DNA of 64,000 nucleotides. Origin: an uncultured Spirochaetota bacterium (GTDB lineage Bacteria > Spirochaetota > Brevinematia > Brevinematales > JAOACQ01). Shown here piece after piece: positions 18,960-29,082 of this stretch (position 1 is its first letter; each line of letters starts with the position of its first letter). The position numbers were made by a program, and so were the translations under genes. The stretch is from NCBI GenBank assembly GCA_963768055.1, contig CAVYGN010000002.1, forward strand, positions 1,376,001 to 1,440,000, written 5' to 3'. The notes beneath the pieces are model-generated. The model did not search any database. It had not been told where the DNA came from and worked only from the letters and a program-made list of their open reading frames with translations.

Positions 18960-20497
18960 ACAGTTACTTCCTCCTGTTTGACTAATGCCATGTGCATTAC
19001 TTTTTCCTGGGTCGCTTCTTCGCGCATCAGCATGCCTTTGATCCTGCCTTCATTCATGACGTAGATGCGGTCCGCCATTGAGAGGGCTTCCGGCAGTTCC
19101 GATGTAATTATAATTATGCTTTTTCCCTCCTGAACAAGATTATTCAGGATGGAATGTATCTCGAACTTGGCGCCTACGTCAATTCCGCGCGTCGGTTCGT
19201 CAACAATAAAAATATCCGGATTGACAAGAAGAGTCCTGCTCAAAATAACCTTCTGCTGGTTTCCGCCGGACAGGTTCCGAGCCAGCTGGTTTATGGAAGG
19301 CGTCTTGATGCGCAATGTGTCACGGAATTTTTCGGCCGCAAGGATTTCTTCATGCGAACTGACAATTCCCATCTTCGAAAGTTTGCTTAAACTGGAGATG
19401 GAAATATTTGTCCTGACGCTCTGTATCAGAATCAAACCGAGAGTTTTACGGTCTTCAGTAACATAACCGATGCCCGATTTAAGGGCCATCATAGGAGTTG
19501 TAGTGTGGACCCGTTTCCCATGAAGATATATTTCCCCCTTGCAGGATGAACCGTAGGATTGCCCGTAAATGCTCATCATCAGTTCCGTCCTTCCTGCGCC
19601 CATGGGCCCGCAGAAAGCAAGGATTTCGCCCTTCCTAAGATAGAACGAGACATTGTCTACAACCTTCAGCGAATGATAATCGGGGTGATAAACAGTCCAG
19701 TTTTTAACCTCGAGGACTTTCTCCTCAGTTTCTACAGGATGTTTTTCAAGGCGTGTATCCAGATCGCGGCCTACCATATCCCTGATGAGCATCGTTTCGT
19801 TAAGAGAATCTTTTTTAACATCGTATGCCGATACAGACTTTCCATCGCGCAATATAGTAACGCTGTCGGCAATCTTGAGCACTTCTTTGAGCTTATGCGA
19901 AATCATAATGGAAGTAATTCCCTGCTTTTTAAGCTCCCGGATGAGGTCGAGCAGCTTGTCGCTTTCATCATCATTAAGAGATGAAGTCGGTTCATCAAGA
20001 ATAAGCAGCTCTACTTTTTTTGAAAGAGCGCGGGCAATTTCCACTAACTGCTGTTTTCCGACCCCCAGCTTGCTGACGATCGTTCCGGGGTTTTCCTTCA
20101 AACCGACATAATCGAGATATTTCCTCGATTCGACAATATATTTGTCCCAGTTTATTATGCCCATCCTGGTTTCCATATGCCCGAGGAAGATATTCTCATA
20201 AATAGACAGGTAAGGGCTCAGGGACAGCTCCTGGTGGATAATGGCAAGATTTTCCTTTTCGCTGTCCTTCACACTCAAATAGTGAGTTTCCCTTCCCTTG
20301 TAAAAAACCTTGCCCTCGTAACTCCCTTTCGGGAATACTCCGCTGATCACGCTCATAAGGGTGGATTTTCCGGCGCCGTTTTCTCCAACCAAGGAATGTA
20401 TTTCGCCCTTTTTAACCTTCAGATTTACCGAATCAAGAGCGCGCACTCCGGGAAAATCCTTGGTGAGATTCTGAATTTCAAGTAAATATTCGCTCAT
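18956..20497 (-). CDS. xylG: Monosaccharide ABC transporter ATP-binding protein (XylG/GguA)
   Basis: Two NBDs; GENGAGKST, LDEPT, LSGGNQQKV, DEPTRGIDVGAK. Confidence 0.92.
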   Translation of the reverse strand: MSEYLLEIQNLTKDFPGVRALDSVNLKVKKGEIHSLVGENGAGKSTLMSVISGVFPKGSYEGKVFYKGRETHYLSVKDSEKENLAIIHQELSLSPYLSIYENIFLGHMETRMGIINWDKYIVESRKYLDYVGLKENPGTIVSKLGVGKQQLVEIARALSKKVELLILDEPTSSLNDDESDKLLDLIRELKKQGITSIMISHKLKEVLKIADSVTILRDGKSVSAYDVKKDSLNETMLIRDMVGRDLDTRLEKHPVETEEKVLEVKNWTVYHPDYHSLKVVDNVSFYLRKGEILAFCGPMGAGRTELMMSIYGQSYGSSCKGEIYLHGKRVHTTTPMMALKSGIGYVTEDRKTLGLILIQSVRTNISISSLSKLSKMGIVSSHEEILAAEKFRDTLRIKTPSINQLARNLSGGNQQKVILSRTLLVNPDIFIVDEPTRGIDVGAKFEIHSILNNLVQEGKSIIIITSELPEALSMADRIYVMNEGRIKGMLMREEATQEKVMHMALVKQEEVTV

Positions 20498-20572
20498 CGC
20501 TATATTTTCCTGTCATTGAAAAAAATAAAAACAGGCTGAGCCTTTACAGGCCCAGCCGGATAAAACTGGAAA

Positions 20573-21658
20573 TTATTTGATTTCGTCTTCTTTGTAGTAA
20601 CCGCTGTCGATCAAAACAGCCTTGTAATTTTCTTTTGTAACACTAACGGGTTCAAGGAGATATGCCTTGACAAGTTTCTTCCCTGTATTATAGGAAGTTG
20701 TATCAAGACGTGCGCCCTTGATATTAGGAGTCTGATGTTTAAGTAAAGCATCGGCAAGTTCAATAGTTGCAGCCGCAAGGTTACGCGTATCCTTGAAAAC
20801 TGTCATATTCTGCTTTCCATCGCGGATAAATGCGATTGAAGCGGCTTCTCCGTCCTGGCCTGTTACAACAGGAAGCTTTGTAGCATATTTTGCATCGGAT
20901 GAGCAGGCTTCGATAATTGCACGGGCAAGAGTATCGTTAGGAGCAAGAATACCATCGAGAACTACATCTTTGCAATCGCCGCTGAGCAGGTTTTCCATAC
21001 GGGTCTTAGCAATATTCGGCATCCAGTTTTCTGTAGTGATCTTCGTGAAAGCCGCATCGGTATCTTTAAGCGGAGCAGGGCCGACGATCTTAAGTGATCC
21101 TTTCTCTGCATACGGGCGGAGCACGCTCATAGCGCCGTCAAAGAAAACCCTTGAATTATTGTCCGTAGGAGACCCTGCAAAAAGGGTAATGATCTTCGGT
21201 TTAGCCTTTGTCGCTCCGGGAAGATCGAGCGCTTTCTCGAGGGCCTTGCCCTGGAATTGTCCAACCTTGAAATTATCAAAAGTGATATAGTAGTCATAAT
21301 CCTTCGAACCGGTAATCAAACGGTCGTAAGCTATGACTATCACACCGTCTTTAGCGGCATCAGCTACTACAGGAACAACGCCTTCGTTAACATCACCGAT
21401 AACAATAAGCTTTGCGCCTTTTGTCAGGAAATCCTGAATCTGTTCATTCTGCTTGCTCTGATCCGCATCGCCATAAGCGACCTCAGACTTATAGCCTTTG
21501 GCTATCGCATCTGCAACAAGCGAGGCGCCGTCTTTGTACCAGCGCAGGACATGGGTTTCCGGCATGGCAACGCCGATAAACTGAGTACCTGAATCAGCCG
21601 CATAAAATAGCCCGGCTGTCGCTATAAGAACAGCCGCTGTCAAGAGATACTTCTTCAT
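20573..21658 (-). CDS. xylF: Monosaccharide-binding periplasmic protein (ChvE/XylF family)
   Basis: Signal peptide; RWYKDG, VIAYDRLI, FDNFKVG, GSPTDNN, VTGQD, MTVFKDTR; start at ATG 21658 after AGGAGG. Confidence 0.85.
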   Translation of the reverse strand: MKKYLLTAAVLIATAGLFYAADSGTQFIGVAMPETHVLRWYKDGASLVADAIAKGYKSEVAYGDADQSKQNEQIQDFLTKGAKLIVIGDVNEGVVPVVADAAKDGVIVIAYDRLITGSKDYDYYITFDNFKVGQFQGKALEKALDLPGATKAKPKIITLFAGSPTDNNSRVFFDGAMSVLRPYAEKGSLKIVGPAPLKDTDAAFTKITTENWMPNIAKTRMENLLSGDCKDVVLDGILAPNDTLARAIIEACSSDAKYATKLPVVTGQDGEAASIAFIRDGKQNMTVFKDTRNLAAATIELADALLKHQTPNIKGARLDTTSYNTGKKLVKAYLLEPVSVTKENYKAVLIDSGYYKEDEIK

Positions 21659-21736
21659 AACTACTCCTCCTATAAAATTTTCCATTTAATGTAATGATAT
21701 TATCATTTTTTTTGTTTCATGTCAATTAATTAAACA

Positions 21737-21761
21737 AAATATTAAATGTTATTTAAAAAGT
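21737..21761. promoter_or_regulatory. Candidate XylR operator upstream of the sugar ABC operon
   Basis: AAATATTAAA-N5-TTTAAAAAGT, just upstream of a minus-strand TTGACA (21725-21720)-17 bp-TAATAT promoter. Confidence 0.65.
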
Positions 21762-21907
21762 TTCAACCGTAGCCCCGCGGCAACCAGTCTTACTGACGAT
21801 AAAGACCAATATAAAATTCTTGCTGTAACACAACAAGATAAAACAGCTTGACAATAAGGCATTTAGGGATTAAAATTACAAATATGCGTGTTCAACAGGG
21901 AGGTCCG

Positions 21908-22279
21908 ATGCACAGGATTCTCGCGGTCGATGATTATCAGGAAATTCTCAATATTGTAAAAACAAAACTTACCAGGAGCGGGTATGAGGTCGAAACCACG
22001 AATAATTCATCGGAAGTTATGGAACTGATCAAGAAATTCAATCCCGAGGTTATATTGATGGACATTATGATGCCAAAAATAACCGGTTTTGAACTATGTA
22101 AAATTATCAAGGATAATAAAAATCTTAAGCAAATAAAAGTTATTTTTTTAACGGCAAAGGATCTTGATTTTGCCCGAAAAAAGGCGGAGGAAGTTTGCGC
22201 CGACGGGTTTATTGCAAAACCCTTTTCACCCAATGAACTGGTTGAATACATAGACGCTCTCTTCAAAAAAGAGGAATGA
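21908..22279 (+). CDS. Single-domain response regulator
   Basis: ILAVDD, ILMDIMMP, FLTA, IAKPF; start after GGGAGG. Confidence 0.9.
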   Translation: MHRILAVDDYQEILNIVKTKLTRSGYEVETTNNSSEVMELIKKFNPEVILMDIMMPKITGFELCKIIKDNKNLKQIKVIFLTAKDLDFARKKAEEVCADGFIAKPFSPNELVEYIDALFKKEE

Positions 22280-23043
22280 TGACCGCGATATCCTATATCT
22301 TCGACAGATTTCTTGAAAAACACGACAGGATGCTTGAAAAAAAAATTCGCCGCCAGCTTGAGGTAAGCCTTACCCATGAGCTTAAAACCCCTCTTACCTG
22401 TATACTGGCTTATTCTGAAATGCTGACGGAAAACCTCGGCAAGGGTATTAACAAGGAATATGCCGAGCTAATTAATAAAAAAAGCGTAGAGCTATTGCGC
22501 CTTATCGATAATGTGGTCAATATATCGATTCTGGAATTGAATCCTCAGATCGTCAGCCTGACAGTCATTAATGTAACCGAACTTTCAAAAGAAATTATTT
22601 CGGAGTTTAAAAAGATATATGATAAAAATGACTATATAATTACAGCGGAATTTGACGAGGCGGTACCTCTTTACGGAAATGAAAAAATGTTCAAAAAAAT
22701 GGTCCAGGAGATCCTTGTAAACTCGTATTTATATTCGAAGGAATACGAACATTCTTTAATAAACTTAAAGGTTAAAAAGAACGACAACGGTGTATTTATA
22801 AATATTAAAGACAATGGAATCGGGATCGAAGGGAAATACCTGAACAGGATATTCGATAAGTTCTATAGGGTAGGGGAAATAGAGACGGCCAAAATTCCGG
22901 GCCTCGGCATCGGATTGCCGCTTGTTAAGAAGATTGTCGAATTGTTTAACGGAGAAATTACAGTAAACAGCAAAGTAAATGAAGGGACCGTAGTAAACCT
23001 TCAATTTCCTCCGGCCCGTCCCCATCCCGTATACAGGCAGTGA
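22276..23043 (+). CDS. Histidine kinase lacking any sensor or transmembrane domain
   Basis: HELKTPL at about residue 34; N box, DNGIGI, IFDKFYR, GLGIGL. Confidence 0.88.
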   Translation: MMTAISYIFDRFLEKHDRMLEKKIRRQLEVSLTHELKTPLTCILAYSEMLTENLGKGINKEYAELINKKSVELLRLIDNVVNISILELNPQIVSLTVINVTELSKEIISEFKKIYDKNDYIITAEFDEAVPLYGNEKMFKKMVQEILVNSYLYSKEYEHSLINLKVKKNDNGVFINIKDNGIGIEGKYLNRIFDKFYRVGEIETAKIPGLGIGLPLVKKIVELFNGEITVNSKVNEGTVVNLQFPPARPHPVYRQ

Positions 23044-23127
23044 TTTTCAATCCGAATTCTTTACAATAACGATCATTATTTTTATAATTAACGTCTATTT
23101 TAATATCTTAAAAAACGGGGAATGATT

Positions 23128-23580
23128 ATGAAAATTGCAATTGCCGGTGATCACGCGGGTTTTAAATTAAAGGAAGAGGTCAAGGTCTACCTTAAGGAAA
23201 AGGGGCATGAGATTGTCGATTTCGGTGCATTCTCCGAGGACCATACGGATGATTACCCGGACACTATAAAACTCGCAGCAAGGGCCGTCTCAAGGGGCGA
23301 ATGCTCCCAGGGAGTCGTCGTTTGCGGTTCAGGGGTCGGAGCTTCGATCACAGCTAATAAGATCAAGGGTGTGAGGGCGGTCCTCTGCATGGATGAATAC
23401 TTAGCCGAACATTCCAGGGGCCATAACGATGCTAATGTCATTGCACTTTCAGGTAGGAGAATGACCATGACCGATGTGTCGCGTTACCTGGATATCTGGT
23501 TTAACACGCCCTTTGAAGGCGGCAGGCATAAGAGAAGGGTCGATAAAATATCTGAAATAGAAAAAGAGGAATGCAGGTGA
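23128..23580 (+). CDS. rpiB: Ribose-5-phosphate isomerase B
   Basis: DHAG, DYP, CGSGVG, ANKIKGVRA, HNDANV, FEGGRH..RV. Confidence 0.95.
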   Translation: MKIAIAGDHAGFKLKEEVKVYLKEKGHEIVDFGAFSEDHTDDYPDTIKLAARAVSRGECSQGVVVCGSGVGASITANKIKGVRAVLCMDEYLAEHSRGHNDANVIALSGRRMTMTDVSRYLDIWFNTPFEGGRHKRRVDKISEIEKEECR

Positions 23581-24440
23581 TCGATGCAAAAACATCGGTA
23601 TACTGTATAATAGGCAAACCTGTCAGGCACTCTTTTTCTCCTGCTATCCAGAATGCCGCCTTTATGGATAAAGGCATAAATGCGGTTTACACCGCTTTCG
23701 AGGTAGGCGATGCCGGCGATTCGGTTCGCGCTATAAAAGCGCTCGGTATTTCCGGGGCAAGCGTGACTATTCCATACAAGGTCGATGTGATTCCTTTTCT
23801 GGACGGTATTTCTGAAATATCGGGTATGATCGGTTCGGTCAATACACTGATTTCGAGAGACGGGAAGATCTTCGGGGACAATACTGACGCCAGAGGCTTT
23901 TACCGTGCGCTTACCGGAAAGACTTCAACTGACGGCAAAAAAATAGCCTTATTCGGTGCGGGCGGGGCCGGAAGGGCGATTATTTTCGCCCTGTTTTATT
24001 ATTCGGAACCCTTTGAAGTTTATCTGATCGATCCGGATAAGCAAAGGGCTATAGATCTTGCTGAAAATATCAGGAGATCTATCCCGCAAGCCGGCAGAAA
24101 GAAAGCGGCTCAAATAGAAATTATCGGCAGGGATAACTGGCGCGATATAAAAGATACGACAGATATAATTATCAATGCCACACCGATAGGAATGGAGCCG
24201 GATACCGGATCGTCGGTCCTCGATGAGGATGAAATCCCGGAAGGCCGTGTGCTGATGGACATAGTATACCATCCCCATGAAACGGCCCTGATAAAATCCG
24301 GAAAAAACAGGAATTGTGAAATTGTTTATGGAGCGGATATGCTCCTTTACCAGGGGGCCATGCAGTTCGAGTTATGGACAGGCCTTGAAGCGCCGGTAGA
24401 AGTAATGCGAAGTGAATTGGAAAAGAAAATTTACGGCTAG
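23571..24440 (+). CDS. aroE: Shikimate dehydrogenase
   Basis: HSFSPAIQN, SVTIPYK, SVNT, NTDARG, GAGGAG, NATPIGM, QG..QFELW. Confidence 0.95.
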   Translation: MQVIDAKTSVYCIIGKPVRHSFSPAIQNAAFMDKGINAVYTAFEVGDAGDSVRAIKALGISGASVTIPYKVDVIPFLDGISEISGMIGSVNTLISRDGKIFGDNTDARGFYRALTGKTSTDGKKIALFGAGGAGRAIIFALFYYSEPFEVYLIDPDKQRAIDLAENIRRSIPQAGRKKAAQIEIIGRDNWRDIKDTTDIIINATPIGMEPDTGSSVLDEDEIPEGRVLMDIVYHPHETALIKSGKNRNCEIVYGADMLLYQGAMQFELWTGLEAPVEVMRSELEKKIYG

Positions 24441-24479
24441 GGTGGATGAGTTGGCCTGTTGAAGCTCCTAGCCTTTCCT

Positions 24480-24524
24480 GCCGATTTCAAAACAATATTC
24501 ATCCGGAAGGATGTTGTTTGAACG
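24480..24524. repeat. Short copy of repeat family C (hairpin between convergent genes)
   Basis: GCCGATTTCAAAACAATATTC...GGATGTTGTTTGAACG reproduces both ends of 802-945 in reverse orientation. Confidence 0.65.
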
Positions 24525-24526
24525 GC

Positions 24527-26176
24527 TCAATCCCTTGGCTTGCCATATCTCTTTTCGACGGTTTCGAGAAGATCAGGGATTCCATGGGTATTAAAATATG
24601 TTTTCATTTCCTCATAAACTTCCCTGCTGTTTCCTGATAGCAGGTATGCTGTTATATAGTTATAAACTGCGTCGGGATTTTTAACAATTTCCTGAAACTC
24701 GGCCAGGGCTAGATAATTTCTATACTCTTCAGGATAGACCCACATTATCGAATTTATATAATACGAAGCTTTATTGTAATCATGCAAGGATATGCTATCG
24801 TTAATGATCCTGTTGAAGGCGGCGTCTTCACTCAAACCCGATATCGAGCGGTCTTTAAAGAAAGGGTTTGAAAGGGGGGGCCTTGATACAAAGGGTATCC
24901 GCATTGTGCTGAATGGAGGCTGGGCGGCTAAAGCAATTATAGCATTGTAGGCGTAAAATTCATTGAGGGGTGTAAAAAATATCCTCTTTTTAACATTTTC
25001 CGGGTCATTAAAAAAAGCGGTTAATCTGTTCATTGTCTTTTTATCAAAATGAAAAATATCGGCCAGTTTTCCGGCAAGGATTTGAGCCATTATAATATGC
25101 CCGGTAATATTAAAGTGCACATGGTCGAGGAATATTGTATTTCCAAGGATTCCCGGCCCGTATTTCCCGGTGAGGAGGCCCTGGAGCGGAATAAAATGGT
25201 AATATGGATTTGCTTCCTCACGGTGCGAAGAATAATTCGAAATAGCGGTATAAATTTCGCTTCTGGCGCGGAAGGGTATCACATCGTAATCCCTGGCGGC
25301 GATATAATTCGACAGGCCGGAGCCGTTATTCTTCTCATCAAAGAGCTTCGCTTCCCTATACAAATCGCCGGCCCGGTCTCCTCCGAACGGCGGAAAGTCA
25401 ACAAGGTTGCAGGCAGGTTCGACAACAATTACATGGACTCTCCTGGATGAACAGGCTTTAACGATTATATCGAGGTTTTTTATAAAATCTCCGGCTATGA
25501 GGGCGTCCTTCTCATGGTCCCTGGGTAATGTTTTCCGGTTAAACTGTTCAGCCATCATAGTTGTCTTCCCGTGCATTACCGGCCTGGTCAGATCACCGAA
25601 TAAATTGAATAAAAGCTGAAAAATCCTGAACTCTTTCAGACTGAGATAGAGCTTTTTTATAAAAAAATTCCCGCCTGTCGTCGCGCTTACGGTACCGTAA
25701 TATTCATTATGCCCGGAAAAAATTATTATAAAATCGGGGTCGTAATCGAGGATTTTCAGGGCCGTATCGGCATCGTAAAAGCTTGACATAGCGGAGAATC
25801 CCATATTGAGGATTTCCACTCCGTTGTAATGCCCGGTAGTCCTTAGTGCAGTTTCAAGGACCTTTGAAAAAGAGTGATTTGAATAATAGGGGAATCCCTC
25901 GGCGGTGGAACCGCCGATCACAAACCCGCGCAGGACGCCGTTCATTTTTCTATAAGAGAAAAAGTTCTTGACCGGCTGCTTTGAAAAGTCTATAAAGCGG
26001 TTATAGTACTTGTTCCTGTACTGCCGGTTGTCAATATAAAACTGTCCCATATAAGGGTGCCGGATAAAAGGCTTTGTATCGAACCCCGCGCCTGAGAGTC
26101 TCAAAACGGCTTCAAGGAGGACAAACGCAGAAAGAACAATGAATGTAAATACAGCCGCAAATAAAATCCGCTTCAT
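24527..26176 (-). CDS. Membrane-anchored SGNH/GDSL-fold protein with helical (TPR-like) C-terminus, paralogue 1
   Basis: N-terminal TM (LLEAVLRL), IGGST, GHNE and DHVH matching SGNH blocks I, III and V. Confidence 0.75.
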   Translation of the reverse strand: MKRILFAAVFTFIVLSAFVLLEAVLRLSGAGFDTKPFIRHPYMGQFYIDNRQYRNKYYNRFIDFSKQPVKNFFSYRKMNGVLRGFVIGGSTAEGFPYYSNHSFSKVLETALRTTGHYNGVEILNMGFSAMSSFYDADTALKILDYDPDFIIIFSGHNEYYGTVSATTGGNFFIKKLYLSLKEFRIFQLLFNLFGDLTRPVMHGKTTMMAEQFNRKTLPRDHEKDALIAGDFIKNLDIIVKACSSRRVHVIVVEPACNLVDFPPFGGDRAGDLYREAKLFDEKNNGSGLSNYIAARDYDVIPFRARSEIYTAISNYSSHREEANPYYHFIPLQGLLTGKYGPGILGNTIFLDHVHFNITGHIIMAQILAGKLADIFHFDKKTMNRLTAFFNDPENVKKRIFFTPLNEFYAYNAIIALAAQPPFSTMRIPFVSRPPLSNPFFKDRSISGLSEDAAFNRIINDSISLHDYNKASYYINSIMWVYPEEYRNYLALAEFQEIVKNPDAVYNYITAYLLSGNSREVYEEMKTYFNTHGIPDLLETVEKRYGKPRD

Positions 26177-26781
26177 TACATACTGGAGGGCGAGGAAAAA
26201 TAGAGCCCCTTGGGCACAATAATCTTATTTGTAAGCGATATAAACTCGAAACCGCCTGTTTTACCGTTCTCCCTCCCGAGGTCTGAAATATCAGATGGCA
26301 AGGTATTCGTTCCGGAGGAAGCGCTTATCATGATATTGCCGAGAACATCGCTTGTTAGCAGGAGCGTTAGTCTTCCCATGCAGGCTATTTGCCCGTTTGT
26401 TACTGTAAAGAAAAAGTTGTGCATACTGGAAACAGTCATATTCTGGTTCATCGAATGGAGTAAAAGTTCTTTCACCTTGTAATTTCCCTGTTTTAATGAG
26501 TAAAGAAACGAACCATCTTCTTTTACCATGTTTATGTAAAAGGGTTTTTCGCCGGGATTATCGGCAGGTTCGATAAGAAGGGACAGATAGCCGATATCGT
26601 TACCGAAAAGTGAAGTCGATTTTTTCTCATAACCATATGAACCGAATAGATAAGCGGAATTTGTAGCATCCATCCGTGATAATACCTGGGGGTCGATATT
26701 CGGCTTATTTAAAGAACCGCCGCATGCCGCCACCAGAGCCAGCATGAAAAGCGCACTGAGATATTTAATAAAGCTTTTCAT
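26176..26781 (-). CDS. Hypothetical lipoprotein
   Basis: VAAC lipobox; stop overlaps the start of the SGNH gene; similar to its upstream neighbour. Confidence 0.7.
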   Translation of the reverse strand: MKSFIKYLSALFMLALVAACGGSLNKPNIDPQVLSRMDATNSAYLFGSYGYEKKSTSLFGNDIGYLSLLIEPADNPGEKPFYINMVKEDGSFLYSLKQGNYKVKELLLHSMNQNMTVSSMHNFFFTVTNGQIACMGRLTLLLTSDVLGNIMISASSGTNTLPSDISDLGRENGKTGGFEFISLTNKIIVPKGLYFSSPSSM

Positions 26782-26795
26782 AAACACCCCTGGGG

Positions 26796-27350
26796 CTATT
26801 CTGTCTTAAAACGGCCGTTAGTCACGGGAACGTTTATAAATTCCATGTTGGATAACGAGGGAAATAAATCGAGTATCTCGAGTTTGTCATGCGCAAGCGT
26901 ATTAGTAATATACAATGTATCCCAGCTTGCCTGGGTGTTGTCCTGCTCAAGGACAAATCTGCCCAGATAATTTATCTTGTTCGATTCAAGCTTGAATTTA
27001 CATACGGGATCGAACCAATCTGACGGGACCTGTGTCTCGAATACTACGCCGGTCCGTCCTATGCCCGTACAGCCGAAGGGAACATCGAGAAGTACATAAT
27101 TCACATCATTCGGAGTATAAATCGTATAACTTGCCGTGTCTGAAAACATCAGCATAAAGGTCGTCGCCGACATGTACTTTTCCCTGTCGATCGATAAAGC
27201 GACAATGGCCCCCCTGGGTTCATAATGTTTGCTTTCTTCAGGCCTGATCACTTTGCCTATCGCAAGAGTCGCTATATTCATACATCCGCTGAATAGCGCA
27301 GTTAAGGCGATAAGAACGATTATAACACGGAACCGTACTAAAATACTCAT
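26796..27350 (-). CDS. Hypothetical lipoprotein (paralogue of neighbour)
   Basis: FSGC lipobox; shared G-R...TNTL..D...EFI pattern; start at ATG 27350 after AGGAG. Confidence 0.7.
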   Translation of the reverse strand: MSILVRFRVIIVLIALTALFSGCMNIATLAIGKVIRPEESKHYEPRGAIVALSIDREKYMSATTFMLMFSDTASYTIYTPNDVNYVLLDVPFGCTGIGRTGVVFETQVPSDWFDPVCKFKLESNKINYLGRFVLEQDNTQASWDTLYITNTLAHDKLEILDLFPSLSNMEFINVPVTNGRFKTE

Positions 27351-27447
27351 CTGTTTCTCCTTTGAAATAAATTCAATATATATTTTATATTTGTCTTTCA
27401 ATTAACGCAAGTAACGCAAGGATTCGCGCGGATATCGGGTAGAAAAT

Positions 27448-27483
27448 AAAAAAACGGCGGAGAAAAAACTCCGCCGTTTTTTT
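27448..27483. terminator. Strong bidirectional intrinsic terminator after the major OMP gene
   Basis: A7-CGGCGGAG-loop-CTCCGCCG-T7. Confidence 0.9.
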
Positions 27484-27500
27484 AAAAGTACTATGTTACG

Positions 27501-29051
27501 CTAGAACTTGATACCAACATCGATTGCACCGAAGAGACCGAGAAGTCCGCCGGGGCCGCCGCCGTTGCCGAAAGCAGTCCAGCATTTAACAGAGAAGTTG
27601 TCTTTCGAGTATCCGATGTAGCAAGAAGATCCGCCGAGTCCATCCCAGTCGCCTATGTTATTGAAGCTAAGCCAGTTGTAAGAAGTCATATAAGCGATTG
27701 TAGAACCGTTAGCATTATAAGTAGAAGTGGTCGAGTTCTGCTGGTTGAAAGCGTCCCATCCCTGGAGGTAAGGGCCGTCGTCGCCGGTACCTGCGATGGA
27801 GTTAAGATAAACAATGAATCTCAGACCTGCACTCCAGTCTCCGGCAAACTTTGTGTCAGCCGAGAGGCTTACGAACGGATGATGGTAGCCATGGATTTCA
27901 TACCAGTCATACTCGGTTTCAGGAACAGAACCGTAAGAAGTTGTCTGGTTTAAATTAGTAGCTCCGGCTGTAGTATTAAGAGTGGTAGAAGTATAGCCGA
28001 GGGAGAACATATAGCCGTAACCGAGGTTGATAGTCCATACGGGAGCGGGAGTCAGCGTGATGCCGAAAATAGTAGGAACAAGAGCTCCGCTGTAAGAACT
28101 GGTGTTGGTTGTGCCATGGTCGCCGTCGTTAAGAGATGATCCACCGGAAAGATAAACGATACCTACATCAACGTAAACACCGAAGAGTTCGCCTGCAACC
28201 AGGTTCATCTTTGCAACAGCGCCTAACTGTGAATCGTTATAACTTCCGATAAGACCGTTCTGCCAGTAATTCTGGCCGTCAGCGATCCATTTGGCCTCAA
28301 TAGTAAGACTGAAAGGCCCGAAAGCCATGTCAATGTTCAAAGGAACGATTGCACCCCAACCGTTAACTGCTGAATTGTAGTTATTGGTTGATAATCCGCC
28401 TGCTGTGCCGTTATTCGTTCCACCAGCGCTATTCATAGAATCTTCTGCGCCTGAATAGAAACAGAATGTCACTTTGTTCCAAGGATCAGCATGGAAGCGA
28501 AGATTGTCTCCGGCAGCTATGCTGTAGGTTAAGTCGAATGCGACAAGGTTGTAAGAACCTGCGCCCGAAACGGTACTGCCATTTGTGCTCTGGACAAGAG
28601 AGTTGGTAAAGATAGTGGTGCTGTTATCACTGGAAGATACGCTGGCATTCCACCATGATATACCGATAGACCAGTCAAGAACGCCCGCCTTTAGGCCGTT
28701 AAGCTGAAGGTAACCGGGAGAAGTTGCTGTCATGCTGGGCAGTGCGCCGCCGAGAGCCAACTTGTCAAGACCCTGCACGCCACTAAGGGTTTCGCGCAGT
28801 TTGTAGGTCAATGTAAAGGTGTCGAAGTTGAGGTCGACGCCTGTGCCCTGACGCCCAACCCTAAGGTCGGCGAGAGGTGTCTGGCTTCCTGCAGCCCAAG
28901 GTTCTGCAAGATAGAATCCGCCGCCGGATGCGGGGGTTTCGCCGCCGCCGCCAGTGTTTCCTGCTTCAAGTCTGGTGTAAACCTGGCCGCTGACAGAAAA
29001 GCCGAGAGACGCAACCGCGACAAATAAGAGAACTACTAAAATCCTCTTCAT
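27501..29051 (-). CDS. Putative major outer-membrane beta-barrel protein
   Basis: Signal peptide; G/S/T/N/aromatic-rich; C-terminal AIDVGIKF beta-signal; codon usage typical of high expression; own promoter and terminator. Confidence 0.75.
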   Translation of the reverse strand: MKRILVVLLFVAVASLGFSVSGQVYTRLEAGNTGGGGETPASGGGFYLAEPWAAGSQTPLADLRVGRQGTGVDLNFDTFTLTYKLRETLSGVQGLDKLALGGALPSMTATSPGYLQLNGLKAGVLDWSIGISWWNASVSSSDNSTTIFTNSLVQSTNGSTVSGAGSYNLVAFDLTYSIAAGDNLRFHADPWNKVTFCFYSGAEDSMNSAGGTNNGTAGGLSTNNYNSAVNGWGAIVPLNIDMAFGPFSLTIEAKWIADGQNYWQNGLIGSYNDSQLGAVAKMNLVAGELFGVYVDVGIVYLSGGSSLNDGDHGTTNTSSYSGALVPTIFGITLTPAPVWTINLGYGYMFSLGYTSTTLNTTAGATNLNQTTSYGSVPETEYDWYEIHGYHHPFVSLSADTKFAGDWSAGLRFIVYLNSIAGTGDDGPYLQGWDAFNQQNSTTSTYNANGSTIAYMTSYNWLSFNNIGDWDGLGGSSCYIGYSKDNFSVKCWTAFGNGGGPGGLLGLFGAIDVGIKF

Positions 29052-29082
29052 CAGAAAATCCTCCTATAAAAATTTTTATATT

